A DNA stretch of 64,000 nt from Mobula hypostoma (lineage: Eukaryota), in the NCBI RefSeq assembly GCF_963921235.1, contig NC_086108.1, positions 4,030,001 to 4,094,000 on the forward strand. Reading direction: 5' to 3'. The notes under the pieces were generated by a model. It searched no databases and was not told where the DNA came from. It worked only from the letters and a program-made list of their open reading frames with translations. The translations under genes and the position numbers were made by a program. Positions 13,096 to 24,925 of this stretch are shown here, piece after piece (the stretch's first letter is position 1; every line of letters starts with the position of its first letter).

Positions 13096-14249
13096 GTAAG
13101 TGAAGCCCACACTTCCAGTCAATTACCCAGAAAAAAGCACACAGTCAGAGATACCCTTTCAGCTCCTGTTTGCTTGCCAAGCCGCGGACTTGTGCAACAC
13201 TATTGTATCCCTGCTGTATAACTGTGACTCTAATCACGGAGCCAAGTGTCTCGTTCATTACTTGTTAACTAAGTGCCTGCTGGCTTTCAGGTAGCAATGA
13301 AAGTCCTCCATCTCTGGTGGTGTTTAATGGTTCAATTTAACACCAGAGAATGCATACAGCCTGAAATTCTTATTCTTCACAAACATCCTTAAAAAAGAAG
13401 AAAAACCCCAAAGAATGAATGACAGGAAGACGTTAGAACCCGAAAGCCTCCCTCCCCTCCCCTCCCCTCCCACACACAAGTAGCAGCAAAAGCATCAACC
13501 CTCCCCCCTCCACTCCCTCACTTAATCCAGCAAACCCCCCCCACCCACTTCCCACCATACGATCAGTAGCAAAGCCCCCAGAGACCACGATTGAGAGTCC
13601 ATCAAAAACTACTGTCCATCCCAACACCTTGACATCTCAGACAGGCTCTGCCTCTCTCACTAACGAGGGGGAGAGAGAGCGATTGCTCGAGTGCAGAGGC
13701 CTCCGACAGCCACACCCACTGCCTCAATATTCTGATCCCCCGCGACACTCGTGAGGAATCGGGTTGTCCAAAGGGCCACCCAAGGCTGCACCCCGAAGGT
13801 GCAGGTCTTCCACGCCGCTCCTGGAGAAATCAAAAGTGCTGGGCTGTCGAAATACTCTGAGAGCAGGAACCCACCACCATGAAGAACCGCGGTCAGGGTT
13901 GTTAGTTCCGAGATGAACCCCTGAAGCCGGAGGACTGGTGGATCACTCTGAGTCTGGCCTGTACCCTTTAACCTGTTTGGCATGGATGACCCTACCAAGA
14001 GCCAAAGCACAAAGCCCTGAAGCCAGCCAGCAGAGCTCTCCGGGCCATTGAGGCTGCAAGCCTCCAAGACCTACAACAAGGTAGGACGTCGTTAGTTGTC
14101 ATTGACATTTATTTCCCTGTATATCCATTTAGACCGTTGTTTGCTTATCAGACCCTCACTTGACGACCTTCACGACACTCGCTGTTTGGTTTTGAAATCC
14201 TTTCCCTATCATCTTCCCGATACATATTTCAGATTCATTTGTTAAAAGG

Positions 14250-14770
14250 TCATAAGACCATATGGGACAGGAGCAGAATTAGGCCATTCAGCCCATCGAG
14301 TCTGCTCCACCATTCCATCATGGCTGATCCCAGATCCCTCTCAACCTCATACACCTGCCTTCCCACCATATCCTTTGATGCCTTGACCGATCAGGAAATT
14401 ATCAACTTCTGTCTTAACTATACCCACGGACCTAGTCTCCACGGCAGTCTGTGGCAGAACATTCCACAGATTTACTACTCTCTGGCTAAAAAAAATCCTC
14501 TTTACCTTTGTTCTAAAGGGTTTCTCCTCAATTTTGAGGCTGTGCCCCCTAGTTCTGGGTACCCCCACCATAGAAAACATCCTCTCCACATCCACTCCAT
14601 CTAGTTCTTTCAATATTTGGTAGGTTTCAATGAGATCTCCCCCCCCAACATACTTCTAAGTTCCAGTGAGTACAGGCCCAAAGCTGACAAATGCTCCTCA
14701 TATGTTAACCCTTTCTTTCCCAGAATCATTCTCGTGAACCCCCTCTGGACACTCTCCAATGACAACACAA
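14250..14770 (-). mobile_element. CR1 LINE 3' fragment
   Basis: [14 protein letters not shown]...DVERMFSMVG...VVNLWN plus CR1 3' UTR. Confidence 0.85.
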
Positions 14771-16280
14771 TGACAACGGCAGACGCGATCTCAATGGCTC
14801 TCCAACACAAACACATCGACTATAGCTCAGCATTTAATACCATCATTCCCACAATCCTGATTGAGAAGTTGCACAACCTGGGCCTCTGTACCTCCCTCTG
14901 CAATTGGATCCTCGACTTCCTAACCGGAAGACCACGGTCTGTGCGGTTTGGTGATAACGTATCCTCCTCGCTGACGATCAACAGTGGCGCACCTCAGGGG
15001 TGTGTGCTCAGCCCACTGCTCTACTCTCTATGTGTACTGACTGTGTGGCTAGGCATAGCTCAAATACCATCTATAAATTTGCTGACGATACAACCATTGT
15101 TGGTAGAATCTGAGGTGGTGACAAGAGGGCGTACAGGAGTGAGATATGCCAACTAGTGGAGTGGTGTCACAGCAACAACCTGGCACTCAACGTCAGTAAG
15201 ACGAAAGAGCTGATTGTGGACTTCAGGAAGGGTAAAACGAAGGAACACATACCAATCGTCATAGAGGGATCAGAAGTGGAGAGAGTGAGCAGCTTTAAGT
15301 TCCTGGGTGTCAAGACCTCTGAGGATCTAACCCGGTCCCACATATTGATGTAGTTATGAAGAAGGCAAGATAGTTCTATACTTTATTAGGAGTTTGAAGA
15401 GATTTGGCCTGTCGACAAATACACTCAAAAACTTCTATAGTTGTACTGTGGAGAACATTCTGACAGGCTGCATCATGTCTGGTTTGGAGGGGCTACTGCA
15501 CAGGACCGAAAGAAGCTGCAGAAGGTTGTAAATCTAGTCAGCTCTATCTTGGGTACTAGCCTACAAAGTACCCAGGACATCTTCAGGGAGTGGTGTCTCA
15601 GAAAGGCAGTGTCCATTATTAAGGACCTCCAGCACCCGGGGCATGCCCTTTTCTCACTGTTACCATCAGGGAGGAGGTACAGAAGCCTGAAGGCACACAC
15701 TCAGCGATTCAGGAACAGCTTCTTCCCCTCTTCTCGCCTAAAAATCGAGGTGAGAAGACTGCAACTAGCAGGGCACTGTCTACACCACCCCGAGCTACCT
15801 GCCAGCCTAGTCATCATATGGGAGCCCAAGCACGGGAGGATGAACCCTGGGTCCCCTCCCAAGACTATGGTCAACACGCTCCTAGAAGACAGTGGAGCGG
15901 CTAATGTAGATGAACTGAACACACTGATGAGGGAGAGGGAGAAGTGGAGAGTCTGTCATCGTGCCCGACGCCGGCCCCCTAGGTCTGAGTCAAAGTAATA
16001 GTAGTAGTTCTTCCCCTCTGCCATCCAAACCTGAATGGACATTGAAGCTTTGGACACTACCTCACTTTTTTTTTAACATACAGTATTTCTGTTTTTGCAT
16101 GTTTTTTAAATCTATTCAATATACATAATTGATTTACTTATTTATTATTATTTTTTATTTTATTGATTATTACTATTTATTTCTCTACTAGATTATTGGA
16201 CTGCTGCTGCTAAGTTAACAAATTTCATGTCACACGCCGGCGATAATAAACTTGATTCTTTTTCTGATTCTGATTCTGAC
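14770..16280 (+). mobile_element. Rex1/Babar-like LINE, 5'-truncated, degenerate
   Basis: [11 protein letters not shown]...[15 protein letters not shown]...KFLGVK...RFRNSFFPS; (GATTCT)n tail. Confidence 0.88.
15732..16007 (+). mobile_element. RTE-clade LINE 3' fragment inserted in Rex1-like element
   Basis: RRLQLAGHCLHHPELPASLVIIWEPKHG...; (TAG)n tail; 12-bp TSD TTCTTCCCCTCT at 15720-15731 and 16008-16019. Confidence 0.85.
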
Positions 16281-16989
16281 AGAGATATGGGGCCCAAAAC
16301 TGTTGACATACTCCAAGTGTGGCCTGACTAGTGTCTTATAAAAATGCTCAGCATTATCTCCTTGATTTTATATTCTGTTCCCCTTGAAATAAATGCCAAC
16401 ATTGCATTTGCCTTCTTTACCACAGACTCAATCCGTAAATTAACCTTTTGAATGCATTATCATACATTTCCCAACACTGTATTCCACCTGTCACTATTTT
16501 GTCCATTCTTCCAATTTGTCGAAGTCCTGCTGCAATCACATTGCTTCCTCAGCACTACCTACCCCTCTATCTATTTTTGTATCATCCACAAACTTGACAC
16601 AAAGCTATCAATTCCATCTCACACATGTATTGAACTAAAGGAGTTATTTGCATTAACATCACAACATGAAGGATCCCACCCACCCTGGTCACGGACTGTT
16701 TGTCCCACTCTCAACAGGGAGGAGGCGACGTAGCATCCACGCCAGGACCACCAGATTCAAAGTTAGATCCTTTCCCCAAGTATGGCTGATCAACTCCTCC
16801 ACCCACTAACCTGTCCCTTTAAAAAAAAATAACCTGGCTGGGTATAAAAGGAATAACTCTTGTTTTGTTGCTTTTGAATTCCAGATAGATTAAAATTAGT
16901 CCTAAACATTACTTTATCATTTCTTGTTGTCCAAACACCCCTGTGCTTAGCATCACTTTATGGGCAAACAATCAATCTATGTATATAAG

Positions 16990-17345
16990 CAAGACACACA
17001 AGATGGTGGAGGAACTCAGCAGGTCAGGCAGCATCTATGGAAAGGTACAGGCAGTCGATGTTTCGGGCCAAGACCCTTCATCAGGACTGGAAAGGGAGGG
17101 GGAAGAAGGCAGAATAAAAAGGTGGGAGGGGAGGAGAAGGAGGATAGCTGGAAGGTGATGGGTGAAGCCAGGTGGACAGAAATGGAAAGGGCTGGAGAAG
17201 AAGGAAACTGATAGGAGAGGAGAGTGGACTAGAGGAGAGGGGGAAGGAGGGTGGACCCAGGGGGAGGTAATATAAAGGTGAGAAGCGGTAAGAGAACAGT
17301 GGGGAATAGAAGAGGAAGGGTGGGGTGGAGAGAATTTTTTTTACT
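16990..17345 (-). mobile_element. Penelope-like element terminal repeat copy
   Basis: GGAGGAACTCAGCAGGTCAGGCAGCATCTATGG plus purine-rich body, shared with the other Penelope-like copies. Confidence 0.8.
17052..17089 (-). ncRNA. Minimal type I hammerhead ribozyme motif within Penelope-like repeat
   Basis: Minus strand CAGUC-CUGAUGA-A-GGGUCUUGGCCC-GAAA-CAUC-GACUG: stem I CAGUC/GACUG, conserved CUGAUGA and GAAA, stem II hairpin. Confidence 0.7.
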
Positions 17346-17619
17346 GAAAGCAGAAATCAATATTTATTATGTTTTTTTATTACTGTGTTCTTTTTCTTAC
17401 TGTGTGATTTTTGGTGTTGTACCAGTTCCTGAGTAACAATTATTTTGTTTTGCTTTATCTTTGTGTACTGGAAATTACATTAAACTATCTTGAACATAAG
17501 TACGTGCTGGGAGGCAGCCACAATTGTCGCCACAAATTCCAGCAACGTTCATCAGAACCACACAAACAGCCACAACGACAGTGAAAAAACAAAGAAACAA
17601 CAGGGAAATTAGCCCATCT

Positions 17620-17905
17620 CCTCTCTCCCACCACCCCACGCATACACACACACTCACACACACTCACACCAAACACACATACACACGCACACACACACAC
17701 TCACACTCACCTAACACACATACACATATGCACTAACACTGCACACACACTAACACACACACGAACACACACGTAAACACATGCACACACACTCACCACA
17801 TCCAAACACACATACACACATGCACTAAAACCACACACACTCACATACACACCACATGCAAACATAAACACAGCACACAGAAACGAACACCACCACAGAC
17901 ACACA
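17620..17905. repeat. Degenerate (CA)n microsatellite
   Basis: CA-rich imperfect tract. Confidence 0.9.
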
Positions 17906-18256
17906 GCCAAGTGGTGATGGGGAGAAGTACAGACAGTGGGGGAATTGAACCCTGCTTTCTGGAAGTCAGTGCCAGCGAACAACATGACCAAGGTTGACTT
18001 CCTCCAGACACTTCACAAAACTACCTCTTTCACTTCTTCATTTTCTTTCAAATGTGGTCCTGCTACTGTTGGACCTGTGATTTACATTTTGGTGGTGTGT
18101 TATCAGGCCAATTGAGCGAGCTGGTGCTTTGCTGTCTCTGATGGGGTTCATAGAAAATAGAATAGTACAGCACAGTACAGGCCCTTCGGCCCACATTCTT
18201 GTGCCGACCCTCAAACCCTGCCTCCCATATAACCCCCCCAACTTAAATTCCTCCAT

Positions 18257-20995
18257 TTACCTGTCAAATAGTCTCTTAAACTTCACTAGTGTATCTGCCT
18301 CCACCACTGACTCAGGCAGTGCATTCCACGCACCAACCACTCTCTGAGTAAAAAACCTTCCTCTAATATCCCCCTTGAACTTCCCACCCCTTACCTTAAA
18401 GCCATGTCCTCTTGTATTGAGCAGTGGTGCCCTGGAGAAGAGGCGCTGGCTATCCACTCTACCTATTTCTCTTAATACCTTGTATACCTCTATCATGTCT
18501 CCTCTCATCCTCCTTCTCTCCAAAGAGTAAAGCCCTAGCTCCCTTAATCTCTGATCATAATGCATACTCTCTAAACCAGGCAGCATCCTGGTAAATCTGC
18601 TCTGTACCCTTTCCAATGCTTCCACATCCTTCCTATAGTGAGGTGACCAGAACTGGACACAGTACCCCAAGTGTGGCCTAACCAGAGTTTCATAGAGCTG
18701 CATCATTACATCGCAACTCTTAAACTCTATCCCTCGACTTATGAAAGCTAACACCCCATAAGCTTTCTTAACTACCCTATCCACCTGTGAGGCAACTTTC
18801 AGGGATCTGTGGACATTTACCCCCAGATCCCTCTGCTCCTCCACACTACTAAGTATCCTGCCATTTACTTTGTACTCTGCCTTAGAGTTTGTCCTTCCAA
18901 AGCGTACCACCTCACACTTCTCTGGGTTGAACTCCATCTGCCACTTCTCAGCCCACTTCTGCATCCTATCAATGTCTCTCTGCAATCTTTGACAATCCTC
19001 TACACTATCCACAACACCACCAACTTTTGTGTCATCTTCAAACTTGCCAACCCACCCTTCTACCCCCACATCCAGGTCATTAATAAAAATCACGAAAAGT
19101 AGAGGTCCCAGAACAGATCCTTGTGGGACACCACTAGACATAACCCTCCAATCTGAATCTACTCCCTCCACCACAACCCTCTGCCTTCTGCAGGCAAGCC
19201 AATTCTGAATCCACCTGGCCAAACTTCCCTGGATCCCATGCCTTCTGACTTTCTGAATAAGCCTACCATGTGGAACCTTGTCAAATGCCTTACTAAAATC
19301 CATACAGATCACATCCACTGCACTACCCTCATCTATATGCCTGGTCACCTCCTCAAAGAAATCTATCAGGCTTGTTAGACACAATCTGCCCTTCACAAAG
19401 CCATGCTGACTGTCCCTGATCAGACCATGATTCTCTAAATGCCCACAGACCCTATCTCCAAGAATCTTTTCCAACAGCTTTCCCACCAGAGACGCAAGGC
19501 TCACTGGTCTATAGTTACCTGGACTATCCCTACTACCTTTTTTGAACAAGGGGGCAACATTTGCCTCCCTCCAATCCTCCGGTACCATTCCCTTGGACAA
19601 TGAGGACATAAAGATCCCAGCCAGAGGCTCAGCAATCTCTTCCCTCGCCTCGTGGAGCAGCCTGGGGAATATTCCATCAGGCCCCGGGGACTTATCTGTC
19701 CTAATGTATTTTAACAACTCCAACACCTCCTCTCCCTTAATATCAACATGCTCCAGAACATCAACCTCACTCATATTGTCCTCACCATCATCAAGTTCCC
19801 TCTCATTGGTGAATACCGAAGAGAAGTATTCATTAAGGACCTTGCTCACTTCCACAGCCTCCAGGCACATCTTCCCACCTTTATCTCTAATCGGTCCTAC
19901 CTTCACTCCTGTCATCCTTTTGTTCTTCACATAATTGAAGAATGCCTTGGGGTTTTTGTTTACCCAACTCGCCAAGGCCTTCTCATGCCCCCTTCTTGCT
20001 CTTCTCAGCCTCTTCTTAAGCTCCTTTCTTGCTTCCCTATATTCCTCAATAGACGCATCTGTTCCTTGCTTCCTAAACCTCATGTATGCTACCTTCTTCC
20101 ACCTGACTAGATTTTCCACCTCACTTGTCACCCATGGTTCCTTCACCCTACCATTCTTTATCTTCCTTACCTGGGCAAATTTATCCCTAACATCCTGCAA
20201 GAGATCCCTAAACATTGACCACATGTCCATAGTACATTTCCGTGCAAAAACATCATCCCAATTCATACCTGCAAGTTCTAGCCTTATAGCCTCATAATTT
20301 GCCCTTCCCCAATTAAAAATGTTCCTGTCCTCTCTGACTCTATCGTTTTCCATGATAATGCTAAAGGCCAGGGAGCGGTGGTCACTGTCCTCCAGATGCT
20401 CACCCACTGAGAGATCTGTGACCTGACCCGGTTCATTACCTAATACTAGATCTAGTATGGCATTCCCCCTAGTCAGCCTGTCTGCATACTGTGACAGGAA
20501 TCCGTCCTGGACACACTTAACAAACTCTGCTCCGTCTAAACCCTTGAAACTAATCAGGTGCCAATCAATATTAGGGAAGTTAAAGTCACCCATGATAACA
20601 ACCCTGTTATTTTTGCACCTTTCCAAAATCTGCTTCCCAATCTGCTCCTCAATATTTCTGCTGCTATCAGGGGGCCTATAGAATACCCCCAGTGGAGTAA
20701 CTGCTCCCTTCCTGTTCCTGACTTCCATCCATATTGACTCAAAAGAGGATCCTACTACGTTACTCACCCTTTCTGTAGCTGTAATAGTATCCCTGACCAG
20801 TAATGCCACCCCTCCTCCCCTTTTTCCACCCTCTCTATCCCTTTTAAAGCACTGAAATCCAGGAATATTGAGAATCCATTCCTGCCCTGGTGCCAGCCAA
20901 GTCTCTGTAATGGCCACTACGTCATAATTCCATGTCTGTATGCAAGCTCTCAGTTCATCACCTTTGTTCCTGATGATTCTTGCATTGAAGTACAC
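18257..20995 (-). CDS. CR1 ORF2: APE endonuclease + reverse transcriptase, 912 aa open
   Basis: VAITETW, GDFNFP, LDLV, SDH endonuclease motifs; KSPGPDG, QHGF, DFSKAFDKVPH, GVPQGSVLGP, FEDD RT motifs. Confidence 0.92.
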   Translation of the reverse strand: MYFNARIIRNKGDELRACIQTWNYDVVAITETWLAPGQEWILNIPGFQCFKRDREGGKRGGGVALLVRDTITATERVSNVVGSSFESIWMEVRNRKGAVTPLGVFYRPPDSSRNIEEQIGKQILERCKNNRVVIMGDFNFPNIDWHLISFKGLDGAEFVKCVQDGFLSQYADRLTRGNAILDLVLGNEPGQVTDLSVGEHLEDSDHRSLAFSIIMENDRVREDRNIFNWGRANYEAIRLELAGMNWDDVFARKCTMDMWSMFRDLLQDVRDKFAQVRKIKNGRVKEPWVTSEVENLVRWKKVAYMRFRKQGTDASIEEYREARKELKKRLRRARRGHEKALASWVNKNPKAFFNYVKNKRMTGVKVGPIRDKGGKMCLEAVEVSKVLNEYFSSVFTNERELDDGEDNMSEVDVLEHVDIKGEEVLELLKYIRTDKSPGPDGIFPRLLHEAREEIAEPLAGIFMSSLSKGMVPEDWREANVAPLFKKGSRDSPGNYRPVSLASLVGKLLEKILGDRVCGHLENHGLIRDSQHGFVKGRLCLTSLIDFFEEVTRHIDEGSAVDVICMDFSKAFDKVPHGRLIQKVRRHGIQGSLARWIQNWLACRRQRVVVEGVDSDWRVMSSGVPQGSVLGPLLFVIFINDLDVGVEGWVGKFEDDTKVGGVVDSVEDCQRLQRDIDRMQKWAEKWQMEFNPEKCEVVRFGRTNSKAEYKVNGRILSSVEEQRDLGVNVHRSLKVASQVDRVVKKAYGVLAFISRGIEFKSCDVMMQLYETLVRPHLGYCVQFWSPHYRKDVEALERVQSRFTRMLPGLESMHYDQRLRELGLYSLERRRMRGDMIEVYKVLREIGRVDSQRLFSRAPLLNTRGHGFKVRGGKFKGDIRGRFFTQRVVGAWNALPESVVEADTLVKFKRLFDR

Positions 20996-21138
20996 GCACT
21001 TTAGCCTTTCTACCTTACTACCTTTACACCCTTTATTCTGCTACTCTTTTCTCAAAGCCTCTCTATATGTTAGATCTGGCTTTACTCCATGCACTTCTTT
21101 CACTGTTCTATCGCTCCGGGTCCCATCCCCCTCGCAAA

Positions 21139-22079
21139 TCAGTTTAAACCCTCCCGAACCATGCTAGCAAACCTACCTGCAAGGATATTGCTCCCCCTCG
21201 AGTTCAGGTGCAACCCATCTAATCTGTACAGGTCCCACCTTCCCCAGAAGAGATCCCAGTGATCCAAAAATCTAAAACCCTGCTGCCTGCACCAACTCCT
21301 CAGCCACGCACTCAACTGCCATCTCCTCCAATTCTTACCATCACTGTCACGTAGCACCGGCAGCAATCTTGAGAACGCCACCCTTGAGGTTCTGTTCTTC
21401 AGTCTTCTGCCTAATTCCCGAAACTCACACTTCAGGACCTCATCCTCTTCCTGCCTATGTCGTTGGTCCCAACATGTATCACGACTTCTGGTTGCTTTCC
21501 CTCTCGTACCAGGATGTCGTGCACCCGGTCAGAGACATCCCGGACCCTGGCACCCAGGAGGCAACAAACCATGTGGATGTCCTTCTCACGTCCACAAAAT
21601 CTCCTGTCTGCTCCCCTGACTATAGAGTCTCCAATGACGACAGCTCTGCTCTTCTCCGTCCCACCCTTCTGCACCACAGGTTCGGACTCAGTGCCGGAGG
21701 CCCTGCCACTGTGGCTCACACCTGGTCGGTCGTCCCCGCCAACAGTATCCAGTACAGTAAACTTATTATCCAGGGGAATGGCTACAGGGGTGCTCTGCAC
21801 TACCTGTCTGCTCACCTTCGCTTTCCCCCCTCTGACTGTCACCCAACGACCTGCTTCCGGCAGCCTAGGTGTGACTACCTCCCTGTAGCTCTCATCTATG
21901 ACTGCCTCATTCTCCCTTACGAGTCAAAGGTCATCCAGCTGCTGCTCCAGTTTCCTCACACGGTCTTCCAGATCAACCAGCCATATGCACTTCTGGCAGA
22001 TGTGACTCTGCGGGAGAGGGGAGTTCCCCCAAGACTGCCACATCTCACATCAGAGGCACATCACCGTCTCAGGAGGCAT
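21139..22079 (-). pseudogene. CR1 ORF1 (SGNH esterase type), disrupted
   Basis: VIGDSIVR, HVGTNDI, DGLHLN esterase blocks; in-frame TGA at 22050-22052 and a frameshift near 21445. Confidence 0.88.
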
Positions 22080-24039
22080 TGTAAAGACTAACTGGGAACA
22101 AGCTCGTCCTCCGCCTCTTCTCGTCAAAGCCTCAAAGCTCCACTCCTTCACTGGCCCGCTCACTCACTGGCCGCTCTGCTTGAGCTATCCCTCTATTTAT
22201 TTGTTTGAGCTTTTCAAACTGCTTGGTCACCTGACCTCGATTGCCCAATCAGCTGCTTTCTGCTGAGTCTAAGCTATTCAAATCTTGATTGTCTAATCAA
22301 CTGCTTTGTGCTGAGCTATTCAAATCTTGATTGACTTGATTGCACAGACCAACTGCCAAAACTGCCAGAATCTTTCGAGTCAAAGCCTCAAAGCTCCACT
22401 CCTTCACTGGCCCACTCACTCACTGGCCATGTTCCAGAAGGCCTTGAGGCCCAAAAGCCCGGAGACAGGGTGTGAGCTCATGATCAGCTCTATTTCTCAC
22501 TGATTAAAGTACCGAGGAAGACTGCTATCATCGAGGCGAGTGTGGAAGGGCGGGAGGGTGTTGAGCGTTGTCTACAGACTCTCACTCGCTGGTGTAGGAG
22601 GTGTTTGTGTGTGATAGTCTCTGTCTCCCTCTCCTTTGCTGCTACTGGAGGAAGGTTCCCGTTTTGAATGGACTCTGTCTTCCTCAGTGCTGTTGGAGGA
22701 TGCTGCTTGCAAGGACTAATTGATGTGGTTTGTGGATTGAATTCTGTAGTTCACGTTATGTTGTGTTTCTGGTTTCTGGTCACTCCTTTTTCTGTTGTTA
22801 TTTTGGGCCATTTTAACGGTGGTGACCTGCAGATAACGAATGACACAGCACTGGATAGAACTGAACTGAATACGCCTGGACTCTTGTGTTTTATATTCCG
22901 TATTTTTGGTCTTTTTTTTGCCATTTGCATGATTAGTTTTCTTTGCGCTTGTGGGGAAGGTGTGGTTTGCTGTTTTTCTCTGAATGAGTTCCATGTTTTT
23001 CTTTCTTTCGTGGCTGTCTGTGAGGAAGACAAATTTCAGGGTTGAATACTGCATAGATACCTTGATAATAAATGTACTTTGAATCTTTGGTGCAGTAATA
23101 GTGTTCTGCAAACTGCAACGCTACCGTGCTGTCCGTTAAACTCCTTATGGACAGCAGCGGGAACTGAACTGGGTGTCTGGTGCCGTAATAGCATTCTGCT
23201 ACCGTGTTGGCCATTCTGCTGTTAAATCAGCTTAAAAGTCACTGCAGGATTTAATTGGAAAGCAGTGTAAACACATCATGTCACCCCAAAACGTGTGTTC
23301 ACTTCGACACTAAGAGTGCAACAACATAGATTTCACCGGCTTTCGAATAGATCTGGCAAGTAGACATACTCTCCCTCGGGGCCCAGCCTATCAACCACAG
23401 GGATTGTAAATTCACACTGCTGCCTGATGTTTCAGGCTATTTAACTCCTTCTCTGCCTTGCTTCACAGCGCTAGCAATCACCGTTCGCAGTTCAATTCTC
23501 GCTACTGCCTGTGAGGAGTTTGTCTGTTCTCTTCACGACCATGTGGGTTTCCTCCGGAAGTTTCAGTTTCCTCCCAACGTCCAAGGGTGAATGGGTTTGC
23601 ATTAATGAGTTGTGGGCGTACTGTTGGTGCCAGAAGTGTGGTGATATTTGCAGGCTACCCAGCACAATCCTCGCCAATTTGATTTGCTTAAAAGTTATTA
23701 ATTTCACTGTATTTTTCAATGTAGAGTACATATGAATGCATGTACACCACCTCACTATTGTTTTCTTTTTTGCATTACTTATTTAATCTAAAGATATATA
23801 CACACGTACACACACACACAGACTCACACATAAACATACAACATGTCAGTAGGCACATTTAATGTCAGAGAAATGTATACAATATACATCCTGAAATTCT
23901 TTTTCTTCGCAAACATCCACAAAAACAGAGGAGTGCCCCAAAGAATGAATGACAGTTAAATGTCTGAACCCCAAAGCCCCCCAGCTCCCCCCTCCCATGC
24001 ACAAGCAGCAGCAAAGCGACAATCCCCCCTCCCCACCAG

Positions 24040-24925
24040 CCAAAAAGGGGAGGAAGGAAGGAGGAGGGTGAAGAAAAGGGAGGAGGGAAGGGGAAGGAAA
24101 ATGGGAGAGGGAGGAAAAGGGTGTAGAGTAAGCGGGAAGTGAAGGAGGGGAAAGTAGGGGGAAAGAAAGGGAGTGGGGAGGAGGGGGTGAGGATTATAGG
24201 GGAGGGAGAAGGAGGGGAAGAAGGAGGAAAGAAGGGGAGGGAGTGAAGGAGGGTGAGGGGAGACAGAGATAGAGGGAAGGTGGAGGAGGGACAGATGGAG
24301 GAAGGAGGTGGAGGTAGAGAGGAGGGAAGTGGGTGAAGGAACAAGGTGGAGGGATAGAAGAGGGAAGAAGTGGAGAGGAGGCAGTGAGGGGTTAGGAGAG
24401 GGAGGGAGAAAGGGAGGGGAAGGAGGAGGGCGAAGGGAGGAAGGAAGGGGAAGGAAATGGGAGAGGGAGGAAAGGGAGGAGGGAAGTGGGTGCGGGAGGG
24501 TTCGGAAAAGGGAGGAGAAAGGGGAGGGAGTGGGGTGAGAGGGGGTGGATGAGGATAGGATGTGGATGAAGAAGGAAGATAAAGAGAGCGTGAATGAGAT
24601 AGAGGATCCGTTCTGTACGTGTGTGTATGCTTATACATGGGTGTGTGTGGGTCACAGTGTGTGTATGTGTGTGCATGTGCCTCTGGGTATGTGTGTGTGA
24701 GAGTGTATGTGTAGGTGTGTTTGTGTTCCTCCCCTCTCCCAACCCTCACTCCCTCCTCTCCCCCCCTCACTCCCTCCTCTCCCCTTCTATCCCTCCACCT
24801 TGTTCCTTCACCCACTTCCCTCCTCCCTCCCTCCCCCTTCTTTCCTCCCTCTCCTTCCCTCATCCCTTCTTCCCCTCCTCCCTGTTTCCCCTTTCCCTAT
24901 CTTGCCATCCTCCCTCCTTCCCCCC
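24040..24925. repeat. GA-rich tract, TG tract and CT-rich tract forming an imperfect inverted repeat
   Basis: 42-bp exact inverted match between 24319-24360 and 24784-24825. Confidence 0.85.

Larger units (their letters stand above)
18149..22430 (-). mobile_element. Full-length CR1 LINE (family A)
   Basis: 5' UTR with internal repeats, ORF1 (zinc-finger-like plus SGNH esterase), ORF2 (APE plus RT), 3' UTR and TTCTAT tail. Confidence 0.95.

Noticed and set aside
23330..23425. Minus-strand peptide QCEFTIPVVDRLGPEGEYVYLPDLFESR as a terminal exon
   Set aside because: No convincing splice acceptor, upstream in-frame stop, no recognisable homology.
23865..24863. 332-aa ORF and overlapping ORFs
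   Set aside because: Low-complexity GA/TG/CT sequence.
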